Positions 15,943-25,096 are shown, counted from the first letter of the stretch. The stretch: DNA of 32,000 nt from Erysipelotrichaceae bacterium (GCA_028698185.1 JAQVDW010000018.1:4316-36315); one strand, 5' to 3'. The notes: generated by a model from the letters alone, not told the origin. Numbers and translations: made by a program.

Positions 15943-18900
15943 ATGAAAGAAAGATGGCAGATGCATCGGATGGGACTGGTGAATTTCTGGTATTTCGACG
16001 ACCAGGAGTTCGAGTTTGCCAATGGCAAGCTTTTGATCCGGGGCCAGAACGGTTCGGGAAAATCGATATCGACCCAATCCTTCATTCCGTTCATATTGGA
16101 TGGAAACAAGGCGCCTTACAGGCTGGATCCCTTTGGGTCCAAGGACCGGCGCATGGAATATTATTTCCTGCTTGACGGCAAGAATGATGAATCGGCCGGC
16201 TATATCTGGCTTGAATTCAAGAAAACCGGTTCAGAGCAGTACCGCACCCTGGTAATCGGACAGCGGGCCCGCAAGAACAGCGACATGCAGTTCTGGAGCG
16301 GGATAATTCTTGACAACCGGCGGATCAACCGAGATTTTCAGCTAAAAAAACGGCTTGGCGACTCTTGGCAGATTCTCACCAAACAGGAGTTCAAAAACGC
16401 GCTTGGGGATAGCAACTTCTACTCCGAGCGGGCGGTGGAGTACAAGGCGGCGGTCAACAAGCATGTTTTCGGGTTCGACCAGCTTGACCAGTACGACCAG
16501 TTCGTGGACCTGCTTATCAAGGTGCGGGCTCCAAAGCTTTCCAAGGAATTCAAACCGACCAAGATCTACGAGATCTACAATGAAAGTCTCCAGGTTTTAA
16601 GCGATAGTGATATCCTGCCGATGGTCGAATCGATGGAAGAAATCGACCGGACCCAGGCCAAGCTCGATGAATTCCAGGCGACCAAAAAGGCGCTTGACAA
16701 TGTCGGTCGCGTCTACAATCTCTACAATCGCTATTACCTGGGGAAAAAGGCGCAAAACTACACCCGTTATCGCGACGAGTTCGATGACCTTTCCAGCCGG
16801 CTCAAAGACGGTCAGGACCGGTTTGAAGCCAATCAGGAAGCGCTAATAGATATCGCTAAAAGAACCGATGAGCTAAACGGGGCCAATGCCCTGTTGCAAA
16901 CCGAAAGGGCTGCGCTCCCGCTTGATGACATCGAAGCCAAGATTGAAAGCTACAAACAGGCAAAAGGGGAAAAGCAGGCTCAGGTCCAGGAACTAAAGGC
17001 CCATCAAGGCAAGCTGGATGCCGCCTTGGCGGAAAAGGATGTCAAAATCACCCAGCGGCGCCAGCTTGAACAGGATGGCAGCGACTGCGAGTATCGGGTT
17101 TTTAAAGGGATCAAAGAACTTGATGCGATCAACGAAATCGCAAAGCTGCCAGGCCACGAAAAGATCCGCCGAATGGAAAGTCAACGTGATCTTCTGGGAC
17201 ACTGTGATGAGCTTGAAGGGGAATTGAACAAAGTTTCCAAGCGGGTCGACCAGGTTCTTGTCTGTCTTGACCGGCGCCATCAAGAACAACTCCGGCGCGA
17301 CGAGCTTGCGCAAAACCTCGGCCTGGTCAATGAACAGATTGCCAACTGCAACAGTCTTCTTGATGGCAAGACCCGGGAGATTGAAAACGTAAGGGACGAA
17401 CTGATCAACGGATTCTATCGTTTCGCGCAGGGAAGTCCCGCCCTCGATATCACAAGCAGGCTTAATGATCTGGCCAATATCATCAGGGAATACCAGGGCT
17501 ATGGCGATTTTAGAATGATTGACCGGATTTTGATCGAGCTCAAAAGCGACCAGGCGCTGACTTTGAACAAGTCGATAATGGAGACACGCTTCGCCTTGGA
17601 CAACTACCGGAAGGACCGGGATCTGCTTAACCGGGAACTCATCGCCCTGATCCAAACACAGGATCTGACATTTCCGGTCTCCGAGCTGGTTGGCCAAGGG
17701 CGCAGGATCCTTGCGGATAACGGAATTGATTTTATCAGTGTCTATCAGGCCTTGGAATTCGACGAGTCGCTTACGGAAAAACAGAAGAACATAATGGAAG
17801 CCCAGCTGGTGGCAACCAATCTCATCGATGCCATCATCGTCAATTACGAAAACTATGAAAAGGCCCGGGAGCTTTTAAGGGGCAGCGACCAGGTCCTGGT
17901 GGCTCTTGAAAGTCAGGAGGGGACGGGGACGTTCTTTGTCAAGGGGGACCATCCCCGGTTTGAGCGGGAAATCGATGATTTCATCGCGATGTTCGCTTCC
18001 AAAGGCCGCTTCGAACCTGACGGCCATTACCGCCATGGGCTGATGGAAGGTTTCGTTTCCGACAAAAAAGAAAGTCTCTATGTGGGTGAAAAGTCGCGCA
18101 AGGCCAACCGGCTAAGGCAGATCGCTTCGATCGAAGCCAGTATGGCAAAGCTCGAGGAACTTGTGGAATCGACGACCCAGGAAATAAAAAGGCTAGAACA
18201 GATTGGAGCGCAGCTTGAGGAAGACTATGCCAGCCTCCAGGTTTTTGCCGACCTCGACCGGCTGCTCGAAGAGCTTGACGCGCTTGAAGTCCAGCTGGTC
18301 CAGGCGACCCAAAAACAACAGGAGCTTTCAAATCAGGTGGAGCAAGTCAAGGCCCGGCTGGTAAAAATCAAGAACGAATTGCTTGGAGCGGCCAGCGATC
18401 TGCCATACCATCTGGAAAGTGCCATCTATCAGGATGTCAGGGAAAGTCTAAAAGACTATCAGACCACCTTGAACCAGATCCACCGCGAATTGCTGCTCTG
18501 GGGAACCAAGAACACCCAGGTGCAAACGATCGGCGAGGTGATTGACAAGATTGGGGAACAGGTTGATGAATACTACGATTTGACCCGCCAGCTGGAAAGC
18601 CGGATTGCCAAGAACACCACCATCATCGCGACCATCGAGAATTACCTGAATCAAGAGTCAACCAAAGAGCTCCATGGGCGGGTCAGAAAAATCGACGAAG
18701 CGCTGGAAGCCAATGGGATTGAAATTGAAAAACTTGACAGCCAGCGGCAACATTACCGGGAAGCGAATCTCCTGCTTGAACGGGATATCGCCCTGATGGC
18801 CAGCCAGTTGGAAAAAGCGAAGGCTTATCTTGATCTTTCAAGAGAACTTTTTGTCCAGGAACTCGATCTAGGATATGTTCAAGGAATCATGGGCAATATC

Positions 18901-19953
18901 GATGAACAGGCCAAAAAAGCGGGCAGTCTGCTCCAGCCAAATGAAGCGCAAAAGGGCGAGAATGAGCTGTTGCAATCGTTGAACGACGCCCAGCGCAACA
19001 ACTTCTCGGCTTTGACCAATTATGGCATCGCCACGGTTGAGCTGTTCAAAGCCAATGAATCCAACCTGATTTCCCTGCGTTATGCGATCATGCTCAAGTA
19101 CCAGAACAAGACGGTCGATTTCTTCGAATTTTACGATAAGATCACCGAAACGATCGAGAACACCCAGCTGCTCATAGTGGAAAAGGACAAGGAACTATTC
19201 GAGAAGTTCTTCTCCGACGCCCTGGCCAACAAGCTGATCCGCAAGATCAACGACGCGAAAAGCTGGGTCAAGGACATGAGCGAGCTTATGGAGAATCTCA
19301 AGACGACATCGGCCATCTCGTTTTCACTGGCATGGAAGCCCAAAGCGGCTCTTTCCAGCGATGATCTCGCGACGCTAGAACTCGTCAGGCTGCTTGAAAG
19401 CGACCGGGAGATCCTGAGCTACGAGAATCTTAACGCCCTCTCGCAACATTTTTCCAAACGGATCAAGATGGCCAAACAGGAATATCTTGAAAACGACATC
19501 CAGGAGTTCAACTACGGTGACCTGGTCCGCCAGGCCCTGGATTATCGGGAATGGTTCGAATTCTGCCTTTACTACAGACGGTCCGGAGCTGTCAAGAAGG
19601 AACTGACCAATTCGGCCTTCAATGTCCTTTCCGGGGGCGAGAAGGCGATGGCGATGTATGTGCCGCTGTTCACCGCGGTCAATGCCCAGTACAAGAAATC
19701 CGCGAAACCGGACTTCCCGCGCATCATCGCCCTTGATGAAGCCTTTGCCGGAGTCGACAGCGAGAATATCTCGTCGATGTTCGATCTGGTGGAGAAACTG
19801 GATTTCGATTTCATCATGAACTCGCAGGTGCTCTGGGGCACTGATGGCGCAGTCAAGGAGCTGGCGATATCCGAACTGTACCGGCCGCTCAATTCCCAGG
19901 TTGTATCGACCATAAATTACCATTGGAACGGAAAGGTGAAGACGCTGTTATGA
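15943..19953 (+). CDS. jetC: Wadjet JetC, SMC-like ABC ATPase (TIGR02680-type)
   Basis: 1336 aa. RMGLVNFWYFDDQEFEFANGKLLIRGQNGSGKS (Walker A at nt 16042-16065). About 900 aa of heptad-rich coiled coil. C-terminal signature LSGGEKAMAM and Walker B RIIALDEAFAGVD. The ATG directly follows the jetB TAG, with a GGAGGA ribosome binding site. Confidence 0.9.
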   Translation: MKERWQMHRMGLVNFWYFDDQEFEFANGKLLIRGQNGSGKSISTQSFIPFILDGNKAPYRLDPFGSKDRRMEYYFLLDGKNDESAGYIWLEFKKTGSEQYRTLVIGQRARKNSDMQFWSGIILDNRRINRDFQLKKRLGDSWQILTKQEFKNALGDSNFYSERAVEYKAAVNKHVFGFDQLDQYDQFVDLLIKVRAPKLSKEFKPTKIYEIYNESLQVLSDSDILPMVESMEEIDRTQAKLDEFQATKKALDNVGRVYNLYNRYYLGKKAQNYTRYRDEFDDLSSRLKDGQDRFEANQEALIDIAKRTDELNGANALLQTERAALPLDDIEAKIESYKQAKGEKQAQVQELKAHQGKLDAALAEKDVKITQRRQLEQDGSDCEYRVFKGIKELDAINEIAKLPGHEKIRRMESQRDLLGHCDELEGELNKVSKRVDQVLVCLDRRHQEQLRRDELAQNLGLVNEQIANCNSLLDGKTREIENVRDELINGFYRFAQGSPALDITSRLNDLANIIREYQGYGDFRMIDRILIELKSDQALTLNKSIMETRFALDNYRKDRDLLNRELIALIQTQDLTFPVSELVGQGRRILADNGIDFISVYQALEFDESLTEKQKNIMEAQLVATNLIDAIIVNYENYEKARELLRGSDQVLVALESQEGTGTFFVKGDHPRFEREIDDFIAMFASKGRFEPDGHYRHGLMEGFVSDKKESLYVGEKSRKANRLRQIASIEASMAKLEELVESTTQEIKRLEQIGAQLEEDYASLQVFADLDRLLEELDALEVQLVQATQKQQELSNQVEQVKARLVKIKNELLGAASDLPYHLESAIYQDVRESLKDYQTTLNQIHRELLLWGTKNTQVQTIGEVIDKIGEQVDEYYDLTRQLESRIAKNTTIIATIENYLNQESTKELHGRVRKIDEALEANGIEIEKLDSQRQHYREANLLLERDIALMASQLEKAKAYLDLSRELFVQELDLGYVQGIMGNIDEQAKKAGSLLQPNEAQKGENELLQSLNDAQRNNFSALTNYGIATVELFKANESNLISLRYAIMLKYQNKTVDFFEFYDKITETIENTQLLIVEKDKELFEKFFSDALANKLIRKINDAKSWVKDMSELMENLKTTSAISFSLAWKPKAALSSDDLATLELVRLLESDREILSYENLNALSQHFSKRIKMAKQEYLENDIQEFNYGDLVRQALDYREWFEFCLYYRRSGAVKKELTNSAFNVLSGGEKAMAMYVPLFTAVNAQYKKSAKPDFPRIIALDEAFAGVDSENISSMFDLVEKLDFDFIMNSQVLWGTDGAVKELAISELYRPLNSQVVSTINYHWNGKVKTLL

Positions 19954-21230
19954 TCGAAGAGTGCGTAGCCTACTTCAAGGCGAAGCCGGAATTCGACCGG
20001 GTCTTCAAACTCATGAAAAAGCAGTGGGAGAAATACGGGCGGGCAGCCGGCTACATAATTCTCAAAGACCCGACTGCCAAAGAAAAGGAGGTCCTGGGCA
20101 AGTTTTTGCACCAGGATTATGGCTATCCCGCCGATCTGGCCAAGATCAGATTCAAGATGGTCTCCTTCCAGGAAGCACTGGAAATAACCAGGTTCAAAAA
20201 CCTCGATATCAAGGATATCCTTGACGCCTACTTCCGGATGGAAATATCGACGACCGGACACAAACGGATGGTCGCTCAAAAAAAGCAGGCTGATTTATTC
20301 GAGGCGCTGTCAAAACGGGTAAGCCACCCGTTGGTGGCAGATTGGTTCGATTGGCTGCGCCAATCCAGAACCAGTGGCTATATGTTGTTCAAGTCATGGG
20401 TCAAGGATGATGAAGATTCCGCCTGCCAGGCGATACAAGCGATCGACAGTGCGGTTGGCTGTCTTGATCGAAGTGCGTTTCCCTTGGCGGTTCTAGGGGC
20501 CCAGGTGACGGGCAATCCCCACTATTTCGACCGCAACACCAAGCCGGGGCGGCTGCTTATCAGCTGTTTGGGACATATCCATGGCGTCACAACCCCGAGT
20601 CACGCCCAGGGGATTTTGGAGCTGTATGTCCTGGCCAAAATAACCCCGGATGACATCTCGTCGAGTGTGGTCATCAAGAACATCGACCTTTTTCAAGGGG
20701 ACAAGATCCATCAAGGTGTTGCCGGATTCAATGAATTGAACGAGCCTTGTGTGGTGACTTTGGGCAACCTGGCGAACGTCAGTCATGCTTCAAGCAAGCC
20801 CTGTGTGTTTGTGTTTGAAAACCAGATGGTCTTTTCATATCTGGCCAGCGAGCGACTCGATAACTGCTCCCTGGTGTGCACTTCGGGCCAGCTCAAGGTT
20901 GCGGCACTGAAGCTTTTCGAAATGCTCGACAGGAAAGTCAGGATCTTTTACAGTGGCGATTTCGATCCCGAGGGCCTGCAAATAGCCGACAAGCTATTGG
21001 GCCGTTTTCCCAATGTGACGCCGTGGGGGTTTAGTGAGGAGCTTTACTTCAAGGCGCTTTCAAGCGAGCCAATCAGCGATGTCCGCCTGAGCAAACTCGA
21101 TTCCCTGGCCGACTCGCGCCTTAAACAATTGGGCAAGTCAATCAAGGACCATAAGTTGGCCGGTTACCAGGAAAACATCCTCGATTTCTACCGTGAGGAC
21201 ATCGTCAAAAAAATGATGGAAAACAAGTGA
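19950..21230 (+). CDS. jetD: Wadjet JetD-like Toprim nuclease subunit (DUF3323+DUF2399/TIGR02679-type)
   Basis: ATGA overlap with the jetC stop. The C-terminal Toprim motifs are VFVFENQMVF (Glu) and IFYSGDFDPEGLQIADKL (DxD). 426 aa. Confidence 0.8.
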   Translation: MIEECVAYFKAKPEFDRVFKLMKKQWEKYGRAAGYIILKDPTAKEKEVLGKFLHQDYGYPADLAKIRFKMVSFQEALEITRFKNLDIKDILDAYFRMEISTTGHKRMVAQKKQADLFEALSKRVSHPLVADWFDWLRQSRTSGYMLFKSWVKDDEDSACQAIQAIDSAVGCLDRSAFPLAVLGAQVTGNPHYFDRNTKPGRLLISCLGHIHGVTTPSHAQGILELYVLAKITPDDISSSVVIKNIDLFQGDKIHQGVAGFNELNEPCVVTLGNLANVSHASSKPCVFVFENQMVFSYLASERLDNCSLVCTSGQLKVAALKLFEMLDRKVRIFYSGDFDPEGLQIADKLLGRFPNVTPWGFSEELYFKALSSEPISDVRLSKLDSLADSRLKQLGKSIKDHKLAGYQENILDFYREDIVKKMMENK

Positions 21231-21274
21231 TGACCACCAGGCCAGACAAGGCAGGGTGGTCATCATCTTTTTTC
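21229..21274 (+). terminator. Rho-independent terminator of the jet operon
   Basis: GATGACCACC / GGTGGTCATC 10-bp stem followed by ATCTTTTTT. Confidence 0.8.
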
Positions 21275-21416
21275 GAATCCGGTGACCGGGTCCCGAGACC
21301 GAAAAGCCTGTGAAATTGAATGAATTGTGTCAATTCCACCTGTTAGGTGCTATAATCTAATTAGCGACAGGCAGACGGGAATGCGATTGCAACCAGCAAT
21401 AAAAGGAGATGGATTT

Positions 21417-21875
21417 ATGGCGTACATCATGGAGATTGTCGAAACTTCGAAGCAGCCCGTTCTTGCGGTAAGGACAACGACTGCGGTTGAAAATCTGCCC
21501 AATATCGTCGGTCCGATCTACGATGAGATAGTGGGCTACATCATGGCAAATAAGCAGGAACCTCTGGGTCCGGCTTTTATCGCCTATTACAACATGGATA
21601 TGGAAAATCTCGACATCAAAATCGGCTTTCCGGTGGCCACAGCCCTGCCAGGCAACGACCGGATCGAGGCGGGTTTCATTCCGGCCGGGAAAAAGGCCAC
21701 AACTTTCCACAAGGGATCTTATGGTGATGTCGGGGCGGCATACCAGGCTTTAAGCGAATACCTGGTCAAAGCCGGATACGAGGCGACCGGAGTGGCTTAT
21801 GAATATTACTACAATTCGCCTGGGGAAGTGCCTGACAGCGAATTGTTGACTAAGATCGAACTTTTGCTTAGATAA
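21417..21875 (+). CDS. GyrI-like (AraC effector-binding / SOUL-type) small-molecule-binding domain protein
   Basis: MAYIMEIVETSKQPVLAVRTTTAVENLP...GFPVA...IPAGKKATTFHKGSYGDVGAAYQALSEYL...YEYYYNSPGEVPDSELLTKIELLL is typical GyrI-like architecture. AAAGGAGA ribosome binding site. Confidence 0.75.
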   Translation: MAYIMEIVETSKQPVLAVRTTTAVENLPNIVGPIYDEIVGYIMANKQEPLGPAFIAYYNMDMENLDIKIGFPVATALPGNDRIEAGFIPAGKKATTFHKGSYGDVGAAYQALSEYLVKAGYEATGVAYEYYYNSPGEVPDSELLTKIELLLR

Positions 21876-21907
21876 TACTTGTCCCTTTGCCTGTTTCATT
21901 CAATAAA

Positions 21908-21930
21908 AAAGCTCCCCGGCGGGAGCTTTT
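21908..21930. terminator. Bidirectional terminator between convergent genes
   Basis: aaaaaaGCTCCCcggcGGGAGCtttt. Confidence 0.7.
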
Positions 21931-22576
21931 AGCGTTTTTCCAGATAATCGATCACGTGGTTGAGACTTGGCAGGATCTCTGTCGCCAGCTGGGCAGGCTG
22001 ACCTTCGATGGTCACCATGTCCGGGATGGCGATGACTTTGACATCGGCCAGAAATGATGCCATGATGCCGGCTGGAGAATCCTCAAGGACATAGGCTTCA
22101 TGGGAATCGATATTTAGCTTCTTGATCGATTCCAGGAAGATGTCCGGTGCCGGTTTGCCGTTTTTGATCTCGTCGCCGCAGATGACGTCATTGAAATAAT
22201 GAGTCAGATTGGCTTTGGCGAGGATATGGTCAACCCGGTGGCGCGAAGAAGAGGTGGCCACCATGGTGAGGTAGTTGTTTGTCTTCAGGTAGTCGAGCAG
22301 CTCGAGCAGACCTGGTTTGATTGTTGGTCCGACTGTATCGAATTCCTGGGCTATCAGTTCGTAGACATTGGCCACGAGCTGTTTGCAGTCGACGTTCTTG
22401 TAGTTTAGCTGCAACCGGTTAAGGTTGTCTTTATGGTTAGAGCCGATCATCGAGCGGTAGAATTCCTCGCTCATCGATTCTCCTTGTTGTTTTAGCAGAT
22501 GGTTGTAATAATTGTACGTGGTGCGCTCGCTGTCGATCATCAAGCCGTCCATATCAAAAATTATCGCTTTTATCAT
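21929..22576 (-). CDS. HAD-IA family hydrolase (beta-phosphoglucomutase-like phosphatase)
   Basis: MIKAIIFDMDGLMIDSE (DxDG motif I), VATSS (motif II), and GKPAPDIF...VLEDSPAG (motifs III/IV). Confidence 0.85.
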   Translation of the reverse strand: MIKAIIFDMDGLMIDSERTTYNYYNHLLKQQGESMSEEFYRSMIGSNHKDNLNRLQLNYKNVDCKQLVANVYELIAQEFDTVGPTIKPGLLELLDYLKTNNYLTMVATSSSRHRVDHILAKANLTHYFNDVICGDEIKNGKPAPDIFLESIKKLNIDSHEAYVLEDSPAGIMASFLADVKVIAIPDMVTIEGQPAQLATEILPSLNHVIDYLEKR

Positions 22577-22652
22577 TGTTGTCTCCTTGATTGTTGTGGG
22601 TCTATCTTATCACAATTAATGGGGGATTAGTAGTCTTTCCTGAATCTGAAAA

Positions 22653-22677
22653 TAAAAAAACGTCCCATAGGAACGTT
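22653..22677 (-). terminator. Terminator of the tRNA cluster
   Basis: On the minus strand AACGTTCC tatg GGACGTT is followed by TTTTTTT. Confidence 0.6.
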
Positions 22678-22687
22678 GCTTTTTAGT

Positions 22688-22764
22688 TGGCGGTCTGGAC
22701 GGGACTCGAACCCGCGACCTCCGCCGTGACAGGGCGGCATTCTAACCAACTGAACTACCAGACC
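22688..22764 (-). tRNA. tRNA-Asp (GUC)
   Basis: The reverse complement folds as a cloverleaf: GGTCTGG acceptor, anticodon loop CTGTCAC, T-loop TTCGAGT, encoded CCA. Near-identical to Bacillus tRNA-Asp. Confidence 0.95.
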
Positions 22765-22772
22765 GTAAAAAA

Positions 22773-22863
22773 TGGCGGAGACAGAGAGATTTGAACTCTC
22801 GCGCCAGTTACCCGACCTACGCCCTTAGCAGGGGCGCCTCTTCAGCCTCTTGAGTATGTCTCC
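22773..22863 (-). tRNA. tRNA-Ser (GCU)
   Basis: GGAGACA/TGTCTCC acceptor stem, anticodon loop CTGCTAA, long variable arm, T-loop TTCAAAT, encoded CCA. Confidence 0.93.
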
Positions 22864-22882
22864 AGGTTTTTACTGCTTTTAC

Positions 22883-22911
22883 ATGATAGCATTTATTTAC
22901 ATGTGTTGCAA
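22883..22911 (-). promoter_or_regulatory. Candidate internal promoter ahead of tRNA-Ser
   Basis: Minus strand reads TTGCAA (22911-22906), 17 nt, TATCAT (22888-22883), about 20 nt upstream of the tRNA-Ser 5' end. Confidence 0.45.
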
Positions 22912-22958
22912 TACTTTTTTTCACTTTTTTCAAACACTGTCCAATGTTTAGAAAAAAA

Positions 22959-23034
22959 TGGTCTCCCCGCACGGGCTCGAACCGTGGACCCTCTGATTAA
23001 GAGTCAGATGCTCTACCAACTGAGCTACGGAGAG
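22959..23034 (-). tRNA. tRNA-Lys (CUU)
   Basis: Cloverleaf with D-arm GCTCAGTTGGTAGAGC, anticodon loop CTCTTAA, T-arm CACGGTTCGAGCCCGTG and encoded CCA. Acceptor stem CTCTCCG/CGGGGAG (C1:G72). Confidence 0.9.
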
Positions 23035-23074
23035 ATTGCATATCGCTTTGGGTTATCCCGAAGTCGACTAGTAA

Positions 23075-23103
23075 ATAATACTACATATTTTTGTTTTCTT
23101 CAA
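23075..23103 (-). promoter_or_regulatory. Candidate promoter of the tRNA cluster
   Basis: Minus strand reads TTGAAG (23103-23098), 17 nt, TATTAT (23080-23075). Confidence 0.55.
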
Positions 23104-23161
23104 TACAAAAATTGATTTTTTTTCAATAATTATATGATATACTTAAAAAAGAGGTGATGAC

Positions 23162-24898
23162 ATGTTTTATCGACAATCGTTACAAAATATTCAGGTGGTA
23201 TTTATCAGCTTGGATGGGGCCCTGCTCGATCTTAACCACCTGCGCTACAATTACATTAAAAAACTCGGCCATGAACAGGGCCGGGAAGTCGACCTGGTCA
23301 AGTTCGACCGCTATCTAGGCAACTACCAGACCGGCTATGATTTCTTGGATTTCGACTTCGACGCAGCTAGGATGGAAGATGAGCTGTTCGAGTACGCCAA
23401 ATATGCGACCAAGATCAAAAAGACCGGCAGCGACGAACTGCTCAAGTTCCTCAATTCCCGGGGCATCAAGGTCGCGATCTACACGACCTACAAGGCCAAA
23501 CGGGCGATATCCTATCTCCAGCTTAGCAAGCTTGACCAGTATGTCGATTACGTGATCGGCGGGGATTGCGAGTGCGCCCATCTGCCAGACAATGAGATCA
23601 TCGAACTGGTGCTGGAGAAATTTGGCATCTGTCGCAATGAGCTTCTGGTGGTGGCACCCTACAAGTCACTTGTTGCCGCTGCCAACCAGAGTTACTGCAA
23701 CGTCATCTTTTTGAAGGACCTGGTCGAAGCCGATCTGGCTGTGGAACGGATGGTGTACAAGGTCGCCACCAACTGCTTCGAGATCATGAACCTGTTCTTG
23801 TTCGACCGTTTCGACGACAACGAGATCTATGGCGGCGCTTTGAACTTTTCTAGAACGATGGACGAGGGCGAACTCGAAAAGACGTACAACCACCTGGTAA
23901 AGGAGTTCGCTGACGATCCCGAACTGCTGCGCCTGGTGCGCCAGAGCTATTTCTACTACCTGGGCGAACTGCAAAACCGCCATTTTGAGGAGTTTGGCAA
24001 GAACCGTCTGAAAAACATCGACTATTCCAAGCTCAATGAAGGCCTGATGCTCAAGGACCACGATCTTGAAGTCAACCAGCTCAAGGAAAAGATCGAAAAG
24101 ACGCTGACGTTGGATGTCACCAAGCTGGCCGCCCACAAGGGTGCGCCCAGGGAAGAATCGCCCCTGGACCGGCTTGAAGTCCTGGAATACGGCCAGACGC
24201 CCAACTATATCAAAACACAGCATCACTACGACAGTAAAGAGCCTGGAAACAAGGCCAAAAGGGAACAGCGCCTGAATCTAAGGGACCTGGTCGCCAAAGA
24301 TGCCAAGGACCTCAAGGTGCAGATGGTCGCCAAGAATGCGAAATTCGATCCGGAAGCAGCTGTGGCTCTGCCGGTCAAACCGGCAGATGACGAGGCTGAA
24401 CTCCAGCTGGATTTTGCGAACGTCACCGCCAACCAGAAGGATACCCTGGACATGCTTAGTGCTCTCCACACCCGGGAGATCACCAAAAAGGAACTGAGTG
24501 AGACGGGGGTCAAGGAAACGCAGGACTGCCAGCTCGATTACAATAACGATTTCTATTACCAGAAGCGGGGGCCCTTTGCCTGGATCCACCTGGTAGCCGT
24601 GCCCTTTGTCGCGACAATTTTGGGGATGGTGGCCTACCGGCTGTCCGGGGCGCCGTTTGAAAACCAGAAGGGCTATCTGGAAATCCTGGATTCGCTGCTG
24701 GATTTCTATCTCGATGGCATCCTGGCCATCTACCAGACACTGATCGACTTTGTCCATGTCCGGGCCGCCTTTGTCCCATCATTCGATGCGCTGCTTGCCA
24801 GCGACTATCGGCTGTACATCCTGTTTGGCTTCTACTTTTTAGCCAACATGGTAATCTACGACTCGATTGTGTCCATTGTCCGGTTTGTCAGAAAATAA
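23162..24898 (+). CDS. Membrane protein with a degenerate HAD-like N-terminal domain (578 aa)
   Basis: VVFISLDGALLD, where the HAD motif I nucleophile Asp is replaced (SLDG). A Rossmann-like stretch runs to about aa 190, followed by a charged linker and 3 C-terminal hydrophobic helices. AGAGGTGA ribosome binding site. Confidence 0.6.
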   Translation: MFYRQSLQNIQVVFISLDGALLDLNHLRYNYIKKLGHEQGREVDLVKFDRYLGNYQTGYDFLDFDFDAARMEDELFEYAKYATKIKKTGSDELLKFLNSRGIKVAIYTTYKAKRAISYLQLSKLDQYVDYVIGGDCECAHLPDNEIIELVLEKFGICRNELLVVAPYKSLVAAANQSYCNVIFLKDLVEADLAVERMVYKVATNCFEIMNLFLFDRFDDNEIYGGALNFSRTMDEGELEKTYNHLVKEFADDPELLRLVRQSYFYYLGELQNRHFEEFGKNRLKNIDYSKLNEGLMLKDHDLEVNQLKEKIEKTLTLDVTKLAAHKGAPREESPLDRLEVLEYGQTPNYIKTQHHYDSKEPGNKAKREQRLNLRDLVAKDAKDLKVQMVAKNAKFDPEAAVALPVKPADDEAELQLDFANVTANQKDTLDMLSALHTREITKKELSETGVKETQDCQLDYNNDFYYQKRGPFAWIHLVAVPFVATILGMVAYRLSGAPFENQKGYLEILDSLLDFYLDGILAIYQTLIDFVHVRAAFVPSFDALLASDYRLYILFGFYFLANMVIYDSIVSIVRFVRK

Positions 24899-24907
24899 GA
24901 TTGGCTT

Positions 24908-24944
24908 GGCATCTTTTCTTCTTGAAAGGATGCCGATTTTTTTG
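24908..24944 (+). terminator. Rho-independent terminator
   Basis: GGCATCTTTTC ttctt GAAAGGATGCC followed by GATTTTTTT. Confidence 0.75.
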
Positions 24945-24956
24945 TTTGAATTTCTA

Positions 24957-24986
24957 TTGACAGGAGACGTCATTAATGGTTATAAT
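24957..24986 (+). promoter_or_regulatory. Near-consensus sigma-A promoter of the sulfatase operon
   Basis: TTGACA (24957-24962), 18 nt, TATAAT (24981-24986). Confidence 0.7.
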
Positions 24987-24999
24987 GTAAGCAGTTACA
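24986..24999. promoter_or_regulatory. LacI-family operator-like site O1 (overlaps the -10)
   Basis: TGTAAGCAGTTACA, with TGTAA/TTACA arms. Confidence 0.45.
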
Positions 25000-25049
25000 G
25001 CGAGCCGGTTACAACAAGGCCTTATAGGCTGTTATTTTTTAATGATATA

Positions 25050-25063
25050 TGTAACCGGTTGCA
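25050..25063. promoter_or_regulatory. LacI-family operator-like site O2 (also fits the cre consensus)
   Basis: TGTAACCGGTTGCA, a 12/14 palindrome that matches TGNAANCGNWNNCA. Confidence 0.55.
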
Positions 25064-25082
25064 TATATTTTTTGGGAAACAT

Positions 25083-25096
25083 TGTAACTAGTTACA
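25083..25096. promoter_or_regulatory. LacI-family operator-like site O3
   Basis: TGTAACTAGTTACA, a perfect 14-bp palindrome 23 nt upstream of the sulfatase ATG. Confidence 0.6.

Noticed and set aside
16993-19923. Long antisense ORFs inside jetC (16993-17697, 17981-18331, 19375-19923).
   Set aside because: They have no ribosome binding site. Their composition is low-complexity and rich in R/G/H/P/Q. They lie fully inside a gene with clear motifs. Such open antisense frames are expected in mid-GC coding DNA.
22903-23115. A 70-aa plus-strand ORF.
   Set aside because: It lies on top of tRNA-Lys and its promoter region, so it is spurious.
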